From Pavona decussata (lineage: Eukaryota): 64,000 nucleotides of DNA. The notes beneath the pieces were generated by a model. The model worked only from the letters and a program-made list of their open reading frames with translations. It searched no databases and was not told the DNA's origin. Position numbers and translations under genes: made by a program. Location: assembly GCA_977016875.1 (NCBI GenBank), contig CDRNST010000046.1, positions 992,001 to 1,056,000 on the forward strand, given 5' to 3'. Position 1 is the stretch's first letter, and every line of letters starts with the position of its first letter. Positions 15,165 to 26,915 of the stretch are shown in pieces.

Positions 15165-16814
15165 CTGAGCTCCTATTAACGAAAATAAATTCGATGCAAT
15201 TTCTCCTCCCCTTCACTATCCCACACAATGTTACAGGAAGGAGATCAATTAACGAAAGAAATATAATTTGAGTAAAATGGAAGCTACAACTTATTTTGCA
15301 CCTAGTGCTTCTAAGTCCTAGTAGCGGTTTGACTCCTTTGAACAGTGATATAACAGCCGAGATTACCGTCTCCCCCAACCAAAAAAAAAACATTTAGAGT
15401 AAAAAGTAGTTTGCTTTGCTTGCACGTAGTTTCAATCATACCAAAGGAATGAACATCTTTTTCACTCAATCCGGCCACTGCCCAGTGTCAACACTTTTCA
15501 TAGTAACCGCACGATTTTCTCCTCTTACGAAAACGAAACTAAGAAAACTATTACTCTTGAAGTGTTCAAGTCCGTTATACCAACATTTCGGTTGGTTTTG
15601 CCAAAACTTCAATCCAAGTCCCTAAATGGGAGCAGGATTTCTTTAATAGCGATGTAACCGCAAAATAGAATCGCATGATTACGCTGTAATTCACGCCTTT
15701 TAAGCCCACCAAACCCGAGGTTGGTTAAAAACTCTCTTCACATGTACCCCAAGTTTGCCGGCTCCATGTAGTTTTTCTTATCTACTGGACAAGCTGAAGC
15801 ATATCCAATCCTGGATTTATCCGGCCACAATCAGGTGCCAAGAGAAATGAAAAACGCATCGGCCAACCATATTTATGCCCTAATATCAATTTACATATTA
15901 TCTTCAGTGCTTTTCGTATATTTAGTATTGTAGTATTTGTCGTCAAAGGTGCAATTAAGCGCCACATCGAATTCTCTTCAATTTTAATCTTCGTTCTGTG
16001 AAGGGTAAAAGTGCATTCGCTCATTGTTAACAATTTTCTTGAACTTACACATGGTGGGAAAAGTAAAAAGCAACCAAAACCGAGCAGTAGTTTGCAGACA
16101 ATACAATACAATAACTTTATCTATTATCCGCCAAAGGTCAACATGCAGGTTTGACTATAGGATTGAAGGACTCTAGTTTGAGTAAGATCTGATACTGTAA
16201 GAATGCGTTTCGTTTACTCTTCATATTATAATGTCTATAATTGCACGTTCCAACGTCCTTTCAAATAGACCTTTATATCACGGTTTTGGAAGCCACCTTG
16301 ATGGGTAGGCAAACGCGTCTGGAAATAACAGCGTTTGTATGGAAATCCGATGACAAATAATTTTCATGAAACATCGCTTCCGAAAAAAGTTTATGAATTG
16401 GAAACTTCAGGCACTAGGCAAAGGATTTTACATAAAATAACTGAGGAATGTAGCTGTGCTAGAAAGCATCTACAGTAGTTGTGTTTTGACATTTCCATAC
16501 ATTGTCTGTAAATCTTTTCCAGCGAACCCGCTGTGAACTGCTATCAAAAATAGTTCGGTGGAAAAAAGACAGGGAAATGTATAAGAAGTTCAAAACACGA
16601 CTGGACGATTTCTGGCACAGCTACATCCCTCCAATTTTTTTTCTTAAAATCCTTTTCCTGTCGCGTTTGCGTTTAAATTCAGCTTTTATTTAGGGGACTC
16701 TTCTGATATCAGTCGGACGATAACTGATTTCCTAAAAACGATCAAGAATGAAACTCCTGAGAAAAACTCCCTACTCTCGGCCGAAATTTCACTGCGCTGC
16801 TCGCCGGTATATTC

Positions 16815-16936
16815 ATAATAAACCTGCAGCAACACTTGAGATTACTTAGTACTGCTCAACAGCTTGCATTTCAATGGTAACACCTAGGATTTTATCCACC
16901 TTGTACAGGGCTGAGTTGCTCGAAGCATGGTTAGCG

Positions 16937-16973
<37 letters not shown>

Positions 16974-17280
16974 GTCATGGTATTTAACCCGGGTTAGCGC
17001 CAACCATGCTTCGAGCAACTGGGCCCAGAATACTAACAGTTCCACTGGAGAGTACCGTGTTCAAAACCTCCATTTCCATGTCACACGTTAGGATTCCACC
17101 CGCAGATTCAAACACAAGCACTACCTTGTAAAGCACATAAACAGTACTGCTCAGTAGTTTTCATTTGAATGGTCACACTTTGGGATGTCACCCAAGGAAT
17201 CAAAATTGGAACCACCTGGTGTAAGATAATAAACAACACCACATGGGAATGTTCAATAACAGTGTATTTTGAATGAAGCT
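16815..17280 (-). repeat. Diverged 106-bp repeat array (orientation A) interrupted by a MITE
   Basis: AGTACTGCTCA..CATTTGAATGGTCACACTTT motifs at about 16848 and 17144-17180; CCACCTTGTACAG immediately before the MITE. Confidence 0.85.
16909..17025. mobile_element. PIF/Harbinger-type MITE, 117 bp, near-complete hairpin
   Basis: 34-bp TIRs matching at 31/34 (GGCTGAGTTGCTCGAAGCATGGTTAGCGCTAACC); central palindrome AACCTATAGGTT; 3-bp TSD CAG at 16906-16908 and 17026-17028. Confidence 0.9.
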
Positions 17281-18039
17281 TAGAGCCACAACAACTGATT
17301 CAAGGTTTCGACCATGACTGGAAAAGCAGTAAAAGCTAATTTCAGTGACCCGTCCAATGCACCGTGCTCCCTCGAGCTTTGGTATCTTTTTGGTGTCCCT
17401 TAACTTTGGTGCTTGAAATTGTCACAACGATAAAAGTTGATAAGAGTTGAATTCAGTCGACGGCTAAAGGAAACCCGGAACTATCAACTCGTGCAGAGCA
17501 CATGGTAAACTCTTTTGTTCGACAATGACATGCACAGTGAAACAAAGCGACTGAAATTACTAGGAACACCAGTTAGAGTGGAAATCAAATTAAAGCACAA
17601 ATCGCCCGAGGCATTTTACTCAAATAAAGAACAATAATCCATCAGTTATCCAATTATATACCTGTAGATATCCACTCAAAAACATGAAGTTTAATTGGCA
17701 CCTCCCGTTTTTCTTATCAACATTTCTGGTCGTTCGCCAAGTTGAAGGCATTCATTTAGATATTCACTTTTGAAACCTACTGGAACCAGTTAACTGGATG
17801 ATTTTCAAGAATGAAGTGGCTGTTCCAAGAGAGATAAAGAAAAAAGGATACCCGTGAGATAACCTTACCGTTGGTTCTTAGTCTAAAGCGTCAGGATCTA
17901 ACCACTCCCATCCTTTAACTAACAAGGCCTAACAAACGGCAGCTGAAAAAGACAAATTGGACGCGCTGGCCGAGTCGATTTAAAAACACCTCGTGTTTCC
18001 ACTCCAGGGCTTTGTTTCACGGAAAAACCGTTTCAATCT

Positions 18040-18180
18040 TGAGTTCGTGGATAGCATACTAGTGTGTACATGAATGCTATTGTAGTGCGGTTGTTTATTA
18101 TGTCGTTCGATACAGGTGGTCCTCACTTTTCACTCTGAGCAAAGACATCGTAGGTGCGACGATCCAATATAACGCTATTG
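18040..18180 (+). repeat. Old diverged 106-bp repeat fragment (orientation B)
   Basis: GAGTTCGTGGAT...TGTTTATTATG...AGGTGGTCCTCACTTTT. Confidence 0.5.
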
Positions 18181-18999
18181 ATTAAGAGCACTACTTCTAT
18201 CTGGGCTATGTTAATCCAAATGAAATTTTGTCATCTTTTTTCTAAGCTTGGGTATTATTGGGATTGAAAGCGTTAAAAGAAGCGATTTTAGTGACACCAG
18301 CACTAAAAATATGCAAATCATGATAACTCGGCTAAGCCTGTGACAGACACTGTAGTACGGTTCGAAAAGCAATTATACTTTCCGTAGGAATTCTACAAAG
18401 TTCGTGGTGCTACACTTCTTTCACCACTCTCCGCTCTCTCTCTCTCTCCTTTACTCAGCGTTTATTACAACTCAATCGACGCCAAGGAGGAAACACTTCA
18501 AGAATTGTTTCTTCCAATCTTTTGAAACGTTAAACCAGTATCTTAAACAGCTAACTAAAGGAGTCGGTGCTATGTTAAGCGAAGCCTATTTTCAAGAGAC
18601 TTAGGTGAGTTATGTGAACAGAATTAAAACAAATTAAACCGCTTTTAAAAATCCTCAGTCCAGACGGGAACATTTTTCCATTATCCAGCTGCATCTACAC
18701 GCGACTAAAATATGATTTTAATTACATCACTTGAGGGCTTCTTAACTATAAAAAGCCACTGTGCTCGCTACAATTACGCCATAAAATTTTGCGTTGAACG
18801 TTTAATTTGTTTCACCCAGTCATTAATAAATGCGAGAGTACGGATGCTACACTTCTTTGGTTGACTTAGAAATCCTTTGTTCTCTGAACCTCCGTCAGTG
18901 TTTCTTGTTCGTTTGCATTTTTTGTTTGGTTCAGTTAAATCTTATAAGTAACTGCACTAGAAATCGGAGATGATCGCTCGGGGAACCCTGTATATGGTG

Positions 19000-19256
19000 C
19001 TTGACAGTGAACTGATTCAAACCGCGGGATTTCGTGAAGGCGGTTGGTTATTTAAGGGAGATGGTCGCTTACAAGAGATTCTAAATACAGTGTTTGACTG
19101 AAAAATGATTCAAACAGGATTTCCTTTAGGCTCTTTCAAAGATTCTAAACTACAGTGCTTGACTGACAAATGATTCAAACGGGATTAAAGGGAGATGGTC
19201 GCTTACAAGAGATTCTAAATACTGTTTTTGATTGTGAAATGATTCAAACGGGACTT
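19000..19256 (+). repeat. Complex short repeat cluster
   Basis: AAGGGAGATGGTCGCTTACAAGAGATTCTAAATAC twice (about 19054 and 19189) and TGATTCAAAC four times; probably the interior of a MITE. Confidence 0.75.
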
Positions 19257-22200
19257 CTCGGTAGTGAAATGGTCATTAAGGGGGAAAGGAACCGGCAATG
19301 AGGAAAGTCAAGTAACGTAACTCATGCAATTCAATTGTAGGTTGGTAAAAGAGATCATATATGCACAGGCTGTGTATTAGTGCTTGCGGTCTTCAGTATT
19401 TATATCAACCATTGAAGAGAACCAAATAAACAAACAAAGCGGTCTCAAAATCACTCACTTAAAATGGGACCTAGCTTGGAATACTCCTATAATAAATTAC
19501 TGAAAGTAACTTGAAAGTTACTTCAGTGAAAGCCGTAAACTGAGCTGAATTCTTCAACTCCAAAAAGGGCTGAGATGAGAGAAATGGAAAATGATTTGAC
19601 GCTGGTTTCACAGAGAGAAACAATCACTATGTTTAATCAACTAATTTAAACTAAACAAAGGAAAACATTTTAAACCAAGTACATGATACGGTGGAACACT
19701 TTTCAGGCATTTTGTCTGGAAGTGTGCGGCTCAAATCTCTAAACGCCTGTTTCAGTAAGAGTTTTATATCCCGCAATATCCGACCCAACCGCTGAGAAGC
19801 TTTCACTTTTTCAATCCAAAACGACCAGTACACAGAAAAGAGCCAACAAATTTCAGAAAAATCACGAAAAAGAAAATCAGGGGCGAATTTCTCTTCTGAA
19901 CGGCATACCACGCGCTACTTTTCCCAATCACGATTCAGTAAGTGAACGATGGTCGAATCTTCTGAAATAATATTTGCACCTTCGCAGTGGGCTGTTCAAA
20001 AAGAAATTAGACAGCACCTACATGCCACCTGTAAGATGCTCTTAGTATCATGTCATATTTTGCTGTTTAACGAGTGTTAACACAATGAAAGAATATTGTC
20101 ACTAAAGAAAATGTCCGTGAGCGCGTTGAGGAGGGAGGTCTTTAAGGTAAAAGACCTGAACTTTCTTTCACCGGTACTAACACATGCTTTCAGTCTATGA
20201 CATCCATCAACACTCGCCAAAAGTGATGAACGTCGTATTGCTATTTAGAAATCAATACAATACAAAGCGATGAGGACAAAGAAAATCATCATCTTGACCA
20301 AATGATTTTCAGACCTGACATTAAACCAGCAAAGACATATATAAGAGATGTTTTTACAATTGCGTGATTCGCTCTCCTAGAGCGGATTTTCTTGATTATT
20401 GCTGATTTATTTTGAGGCTCTTAAGGAGACAAGTTTCACTTTATTTACAGAGTTTTTGTTTGTTATTTGTTCCAACTCGCATTCACTAGCTGAGAGGCAT
20501 TATCTCTGGGTTCTGCTTTTCCCCCGCTCACAATTTTTCCAATGGAAACCACCTGCGGTTGATAATTCTTCTTGGGTCTCTAAACATCACAATTTATTTT
20601 AACAAAAAGGCTCGCTGCAAGGCTAAAGCCAAAAGCACAATAAACTGAGAACACTATAACCGCAAATAAAGGTACTTCAAAAATGCAAGCGTGACAAGAG
20701 ATAGGGCCGGTCAATTTTTCTGTTCACAAACACAAAGTGGTGGGAAGTTGTCATGAAGCCGTTTCTCCCAAGCAAATCAATGCAACCTTCTTCAGTCATC
20801 AACTGGTCATAAGATTGTTTTTTCTTCCCTCTCAATTAAAATATTTCACTTGCTATGATTAATTATAAATGAAGCTATTTGAAGTAAAATGAGTTAAAGT
20901 GCAAAAATGTTGTCATCCACTTAAAAGCCAATTTACAGGTGCCAAGAAAATTTCTTGCTTCCTGCTTTTGTTCTAAACCTAATTGACCGATGAATCGTAG
21001 TCAGTTGGACCCGTTGTTTTAACTGACGCAACAGGTAAAATTCAATCCGAGGAAAGGGCACTCAAAAAAAGAATAACTTTATGGCTATTTGTCTAAAATA
21101 CCCGTTCGAATGCCACTGAACTCATGACATGTAAAATGGCATGAGGTTTACCCTCGTCTAAAGAGCTTCTGAAATTAACTATTGATCGGGAGTTCCCAAT
21201 GGGGCAAGAAGCCGTTTCAAGAAGTTACAACTGACACTTAAATTAAGAATTTTGTTGGTGTTAACAGCACAGGTTGCGCAGATTCGTTTACACACAAACA
21301 TAACATCGCCTGGGTTGAATTGGTAACTAGGAAACAAAACTAAATACTAACAGGTCGAACTAGACGTTCAAAACTGGCAGGACTGAGGGGAAGATAAATC
21401 AATTTAATAATAAATCTCACGGTACATTGAATCTCTCTATCAAGATAAACACAGACCTCCTTTCAGTGTTTCAAGTTTTTGTTAATAAGTTGTCATCGTT
21501 ATAACAACCGATTGAGCAGTATTAGCCAAGTTTAGAGCGTATAAGATGGTTTGAATTCACAATAATACATGAATGCGTTTCCAAAAATAATCCATCTATC
21601 AGCACTCCCCTCAAGGATAATTCAGGCTACCAGGGGTATGTAAGAGGAAGCCAGGAGCCGGATCAAAGATAATCCCAAATAAATTAGACTCAATCTTCTT
21701 GGCGTAACCCGTTTGTCTATAAATCGTTGCTCCCTTCCTGACATTGCTGTTTCATGGTAATCGTCGCGACTCTGAATAAGTCAAAATCACTCACAGAGGA
21801 GCTCAGTATTCAAGTCCCGTTTAATAACGGCATTATAAACAGCAAAGTTAGTGTTAAGTTGAACTTGGGTGCAAATGCAAATAAAATGATTGTGAAAACA
21901 AATTCGCGTACAAGTAGTTAAACGATATTGTACAGTTCACAAGTACGTGTGGGCCAGGGTAAGAGGTAAACAACCCAAATCCGGACCAAACCCTGTGCTG
22001 GCATTGATACAAGGCAGAAAACACCCCGCACACGCACAAGAAACAAAGCAGCTGTATTATGTTTAGGACAAAACAGTGAATCTTACTGAGGTAATTTGAT
22101 CGGAAAGCGCGAGTCCCTAATGGCGGGAGATTTTCAGTAAATTTTCTTTTCCACAATAGCGAGTTATCCTTGGAAAATCACGACCCAGGACTGCCCTCTG

Positions 22201-23104
22201 TCCAGATAAAACCTATGGAGTGACGAAACAAGACGCTCAGTAACCCTGCAATTATTTCTACCGCCATCTCGATAACTTTATTTAATTTTTATTGTACTGA
22301 ATTTTCCGCGAAATTAAAAAAAAATTAACGAGACAATATTTACAACAACCAAAAGAAAAATACAACACTAAACACAACCAAAAGTAGCATTGTTGCCACT
22401 ACTGCGAGAAAGTTCCAAAACTAGAAAGATGTATATAACCTCCTGTAGCCAACCCAAATTCTTTAGATTTTGCTGGAGAATTATCAGTTGTAAGGAACAC
22501 TGAAAACAAGCGCTCAAACCGCATTTGTCTGCATAGAAACGTCATACTTTTAAACCCTTTATTGATTTAATTAGATTTTTAATTACGGGTTCACAAGTTG
22601 AATTTTTCGTCGTCTCAGCCTTGCTTTAGAAAATAACTGATAATGGTTCAAATTCAATCCCTGCTTCACGACTTTCGAAATTCTTCGTACAAATGTAAAT
22701 GTAATTTCTGCCCTCTCGTCCACTTTCTACCAACTCAGTAGATGGCGAACAGAAAAGTAAAAGGCCTCTTCTACAAATGTTAATTATCACGAACCACCAC
22801 CCGGCTGAAAATGCTGTCGGCTATCCGCAATAACATAGATCTGAGGTAAACTGACGATTGAGGGTGTGAAATGGTGTTAGACATGCCATGTACAGTATTT
22901 CCATACTGAAACTTTTAAAGCCTTATTAGTCAGTTCCTGATCAGTTTAGGTCGCTAACAATAACATCCGTTAGATGTCACATCTGATGACACAAGCGATT
23001 TGGAAATGTCCGTGGATGGCTAGGATCAAGTCATGCTACAAAGATCAGTATCTGCAATATGTTTTTTATTCTTTCACCATTCAGCTCATCAGTGAAATAT
23101 GCTT

Positions 23105-23220
23105 CCAGCTTTTGAGTCTGTGTATGAAACCCAAGAGTGTAACATTAGAGTAAAAGCTAATGTGCTGTATTCTCTTATGCTGTTGTTTACTATTCTGTGC
23201 AAGGTGGATGCAACTTTGTA
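23105..23220 (+). repeat. Diverged single 106-bp unit (orientation B)
   Basis: CTTTTGAGTCTGTGTATGAAACCCAAGAGTGTAACATT...TGTTTACTATTCTGTGCAAGGTGG. Confidence 0.7.
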
Positions 23221-26200
23221 AGACTGCCTAGGCGATAACCATTATTCGGTATCCCTTTCCCGTGCATTTAACTGAACGGTGATTTCACAAGCCGCTCTTT
23301 GTTTTACCATAGTGGTAAAGAAAAAGGATTTTTTCCTCAAAACGAATTCGTTAAGCAGTTTGTTGATAAAGAGCCATTTGCATTTAAAAAGTCATACCAG
23401 CCGTACCAGTTATCTCGTGTTTCGTGTTGGGGTTTTATTTTTTTTAAACAATATCTGATTTTGTTTCGACGTTTACTCTAAAAGTACAAAAAAGCGCTCA
23501 TCGCGAGAGCTAACACAGTTTACACTTGTTTAAAAAACATCACGGCCAACAAGAAGCGAGACATAACAAGAAATAGCTAAACACAGCTAAACAGCTAAAA
23601 GAAATTGGGGTTTGGGATCAACCACAATGCTTTAGACCCTTCCGGAATTTATACAAACGTCTTTTCCTAAACAGCACGTTTCAAAGTCTAGACATTTACA
23701 GCTCCCAACCTTTGAACGGTTTTGTGGCTCTTTCGAGTCTACCTGACTACATAAGGGTGCCTGTTGAAACCAAGGCTATATGAGACGCTACTGTTACCTT
23801 TCAACACTTTGGGTTAAAAGGCAAGAGCAAATGCTTCTTGATCTTGAGTCTAAAGCAGTCATTACGACTAACGACTATTGCCAAATAATATAGCGAATGC
23901 TAACAAGGTGTTCACGGTAGTTATGCAATTGACTCAAACTTCAAACCTCCTAGGTAATCCGTCAAGACTTGTTAAAAATTCATTGCTCACACGAACCGCC
24001 TGTTTAATGTCTGGGCGATGCGTGTGTTAATTCAATTTACTCTCACTTGACAAAAAAACTGTTTAAAGGACTCACGCACAACAACAGGAAACCGGAGTTG
24101 AAAAGGACTACAGCATTGCTACTCTAAAGCTAGGTAAGATAAAGAACTTAGGAAATATATTGAGCGACTCTAAATAGCAGGACGTGAGTCGATATTATAG
24201 AGTTCTGGGGGAGGGGGATTCCAACAAATTTAGGATCAGTGAAGATGTATAGCACACTACTCAAACCCTAACCCATTTATATATTTTACATCATACAAAG
24301 GCATCATATTTTGTTTTATTTTTCAAGCGCCTTTTTTCAAACCTCTGCCCTGTGTCATTGTTATCTATAGACGTTGACGTTTCGCCACAGTTCTTAAGCT
24401 TATTCTCTCTCATCAACTGCTGGATGCCATACATAAATAAGATAAAAAATAAATAAGTGCGGACTTATTTTGCTTCATTCTGTAAACCATAACACTAATC
24501 CAGAATAAAAAGAAAATAATCTACGCCTACTTAAGACTCGTAAAATAGCAGACACAAAAACGATTATTAAGGCAACCCATACACCTATCCAAATATATAC
24601 GGTATCAACCTGTAAAGACAACAACGACCCACACCCGACAGTTTGGTTTAACTTGGTTTGAACTTTAACTTTCTTTCTTAATTTTCTATTAATCGACTAA
24701 AAATATCGACCACCAAGGAACGAAAAAAAAGGATCATCACGTTTACTAAGGACGGCTCGTCTGTTTTGTTTTGTTCTTGTTTTGCACATATCAAATTTTG
24801 CAGTATTTCTTTTCAGGGCTGTCTGACACTATAAACTGATACAAAAGTTTATTGCAAAGGCCTGCTGACAGATTGGCTACTTTATTGGAGACACAATGTC
24901 CCCTTGGAAATTCTAGATCGTCATACAATAACCCAGCATCGTTTTTTTCCTGGTGGGTATAAGTTTCCTTTTTCACAGCCAACGTCAAATTATCCTTAAT
25001 GTTTTGAAACACGACTCGTGGCTCAGTAATAGAATTCAGTGCTAAAAGGTAAAACAAGATTTCATGAAGAAAATTCTCTTTGAGCCAGTCGAGTTTATAA
25101 CAAGATTATAAACTCCTTAACCGATATACTTTGAGCTTTTCAACCTGACACAAGTATTAAATACAGTATTCATGGACAAAGTTTTAAACTGTGACCTTGC
25201 AGTCCATTTGAAGAAAAAGTTTTAAATTAGCACATAAAAATTCACGCAATGTTAAGAATCGTTTCTCATTTTCCCTAAATGGAAATTTAACATAGTTCGC
25301 AAATCATAGTGATTCCGAATTCTTCCTTTTGCTATCCTTGAAGATTCTTGAATCCCTGGTAGTGTTGTGATTTCAGTTATGAACCAACCAAGATAAACCG
25401 CGATGAACAGATCGTTTAAGGTTATGGTTTTCCTATAATGTGCGAGCCACCCGATACGAAAACATAGTCTGCCACACGATTGAGTCACCGGAAACCCGAT
25501 CTGTGCAACAAAAATGTAATAATAAGGAGAAAGAATAGAACTTCTTCAAATAATCTTCTATTATTATTTTTATGGCAATTTCACGAGTCGAAGTCTCAAG
25601 AAATTTAAACCGCGGAAACTAGTAGAGTGTTCAAATCGAATGTTTTATCATGTACGTGGCATAATTAATAACACGACCCCCTTTATCTATTATCCTCGAT
25701 AACCCAATACGTTGATTGAAGGGTGTTCTTTAGCTGTCAGGTGACACGGTCTCGTCAAAGGGACTTAGCGCTCACACGACCAGCCGCCCCGCTAAGTAAG
25801 TCAAGGCTACAAACGACGGACGCTATCAGTTGCCGAAACGGAAAGTCACAAACGGTAAGAACTTGGTATTTTCACCTTGTTATCCTCAATTTAAAGTTAA
25901 GACGTTCATTTCTGGGTTTCAAAGTGCTGAGGATGTTTTGAGCTTCACGCAGTGTCATTACAAGGCAATATCACCTAACGGGTATATCACATGTATATTA
26001 TAAAACACGCAAGTTAAAACCACACCAACAAATCTTCAACGGCTAAGATTTATCACTGAAGGTTTGGTTTCGGGGTATTTATTATTTAATAAGAAGAAAA
26101 CGAACGCGGGTTATTTGAGGTCCCATGAAGAAATTAGCCTCAAAGATCATGTTTGCTAGTTGCGAAGCACGAAATCTTGAATCAGCAACAACTATCTCAC

Positions 26201-26714
26201 CTTGTCTCTTCACACTGAAAAGTTAAATATCATCCGATGATGGATGAAATGAAAGTGGAGAATCTATTGACCCAAACACAGATTTAGGTTTTAGGTGGTT
26301 TGTGGCAAGTCTATTCACGGATCTTCCAATTTAGTATGCGAACTTCCTTTTGAATATCCTGTTTACAACAGATCGAGTCATCCCATTAATGGGGGACTGT
26401 TCTCGGCGCCAAAACATTGTATGGCCTTTGCTACATCAGTTTAGTTATCTCTGCAACTTGGAGGTTTCTTTAAATGGGCGGAAGATACACGCTGAGGGTT
26501 TTGAAGTACCATGGTCTGTGAGAAGTTTGCGGCACCTTCGGTTTCAACGTTTTGCCGCGTTGTTGTCACTGGCGCGACCGGCGGGTGCGTGAACTAGCAG
26601 CGCGCCAACAACCTGAGCTATTTCAGTCACGAGAGCTCTAATAAACAAATTTGAAAACGAAATTCTTCAATTTTCTCCAGAGGCAAACTGAAAATCCAAC
26701 AGTGCAATATAGAA

Positions 26715-26915
26715 GAAGTGTTTCGCAGTTCAGTTTTCATTTGATTAGTTGTACTTTAGGATTTATAATCCACAAATTCAAAATTTGGAACTACTCTGTG
26801 TAGACCTGTGTAGCATAGAACACAGCAGTACATGAAGCAGCAGCAGTAGACTGTAGTTTTATTCTAACAATCAAACTGTAGGATTTCACCCACAAAATCA
26901 AAAGGTAGTGCCACG
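26715..26915 (-). repeat. Diverged 106-bp repeat, about 2 units (orientation A)
   Basis: GTTTTCATTTGATT..ACTTTAGGATTT..CCACAAATTCAAAATTTGGAACTAC and TAGGATTTCACCCACAAAATCAAAAG. Confidence 0.65.

Noticed and set aside
16264-16813. Possible 550-bp element bounded by AATAGACC and GGTATATT
   Set aside because: Terminal match is only 7 of 8 bp and does not extend inward.
19651-19911. MPEKCSTVSC resembling a THAP zinc-finger start
   Set aside because: The downstream THAP residues (F-P, W, C..HF) are absent.
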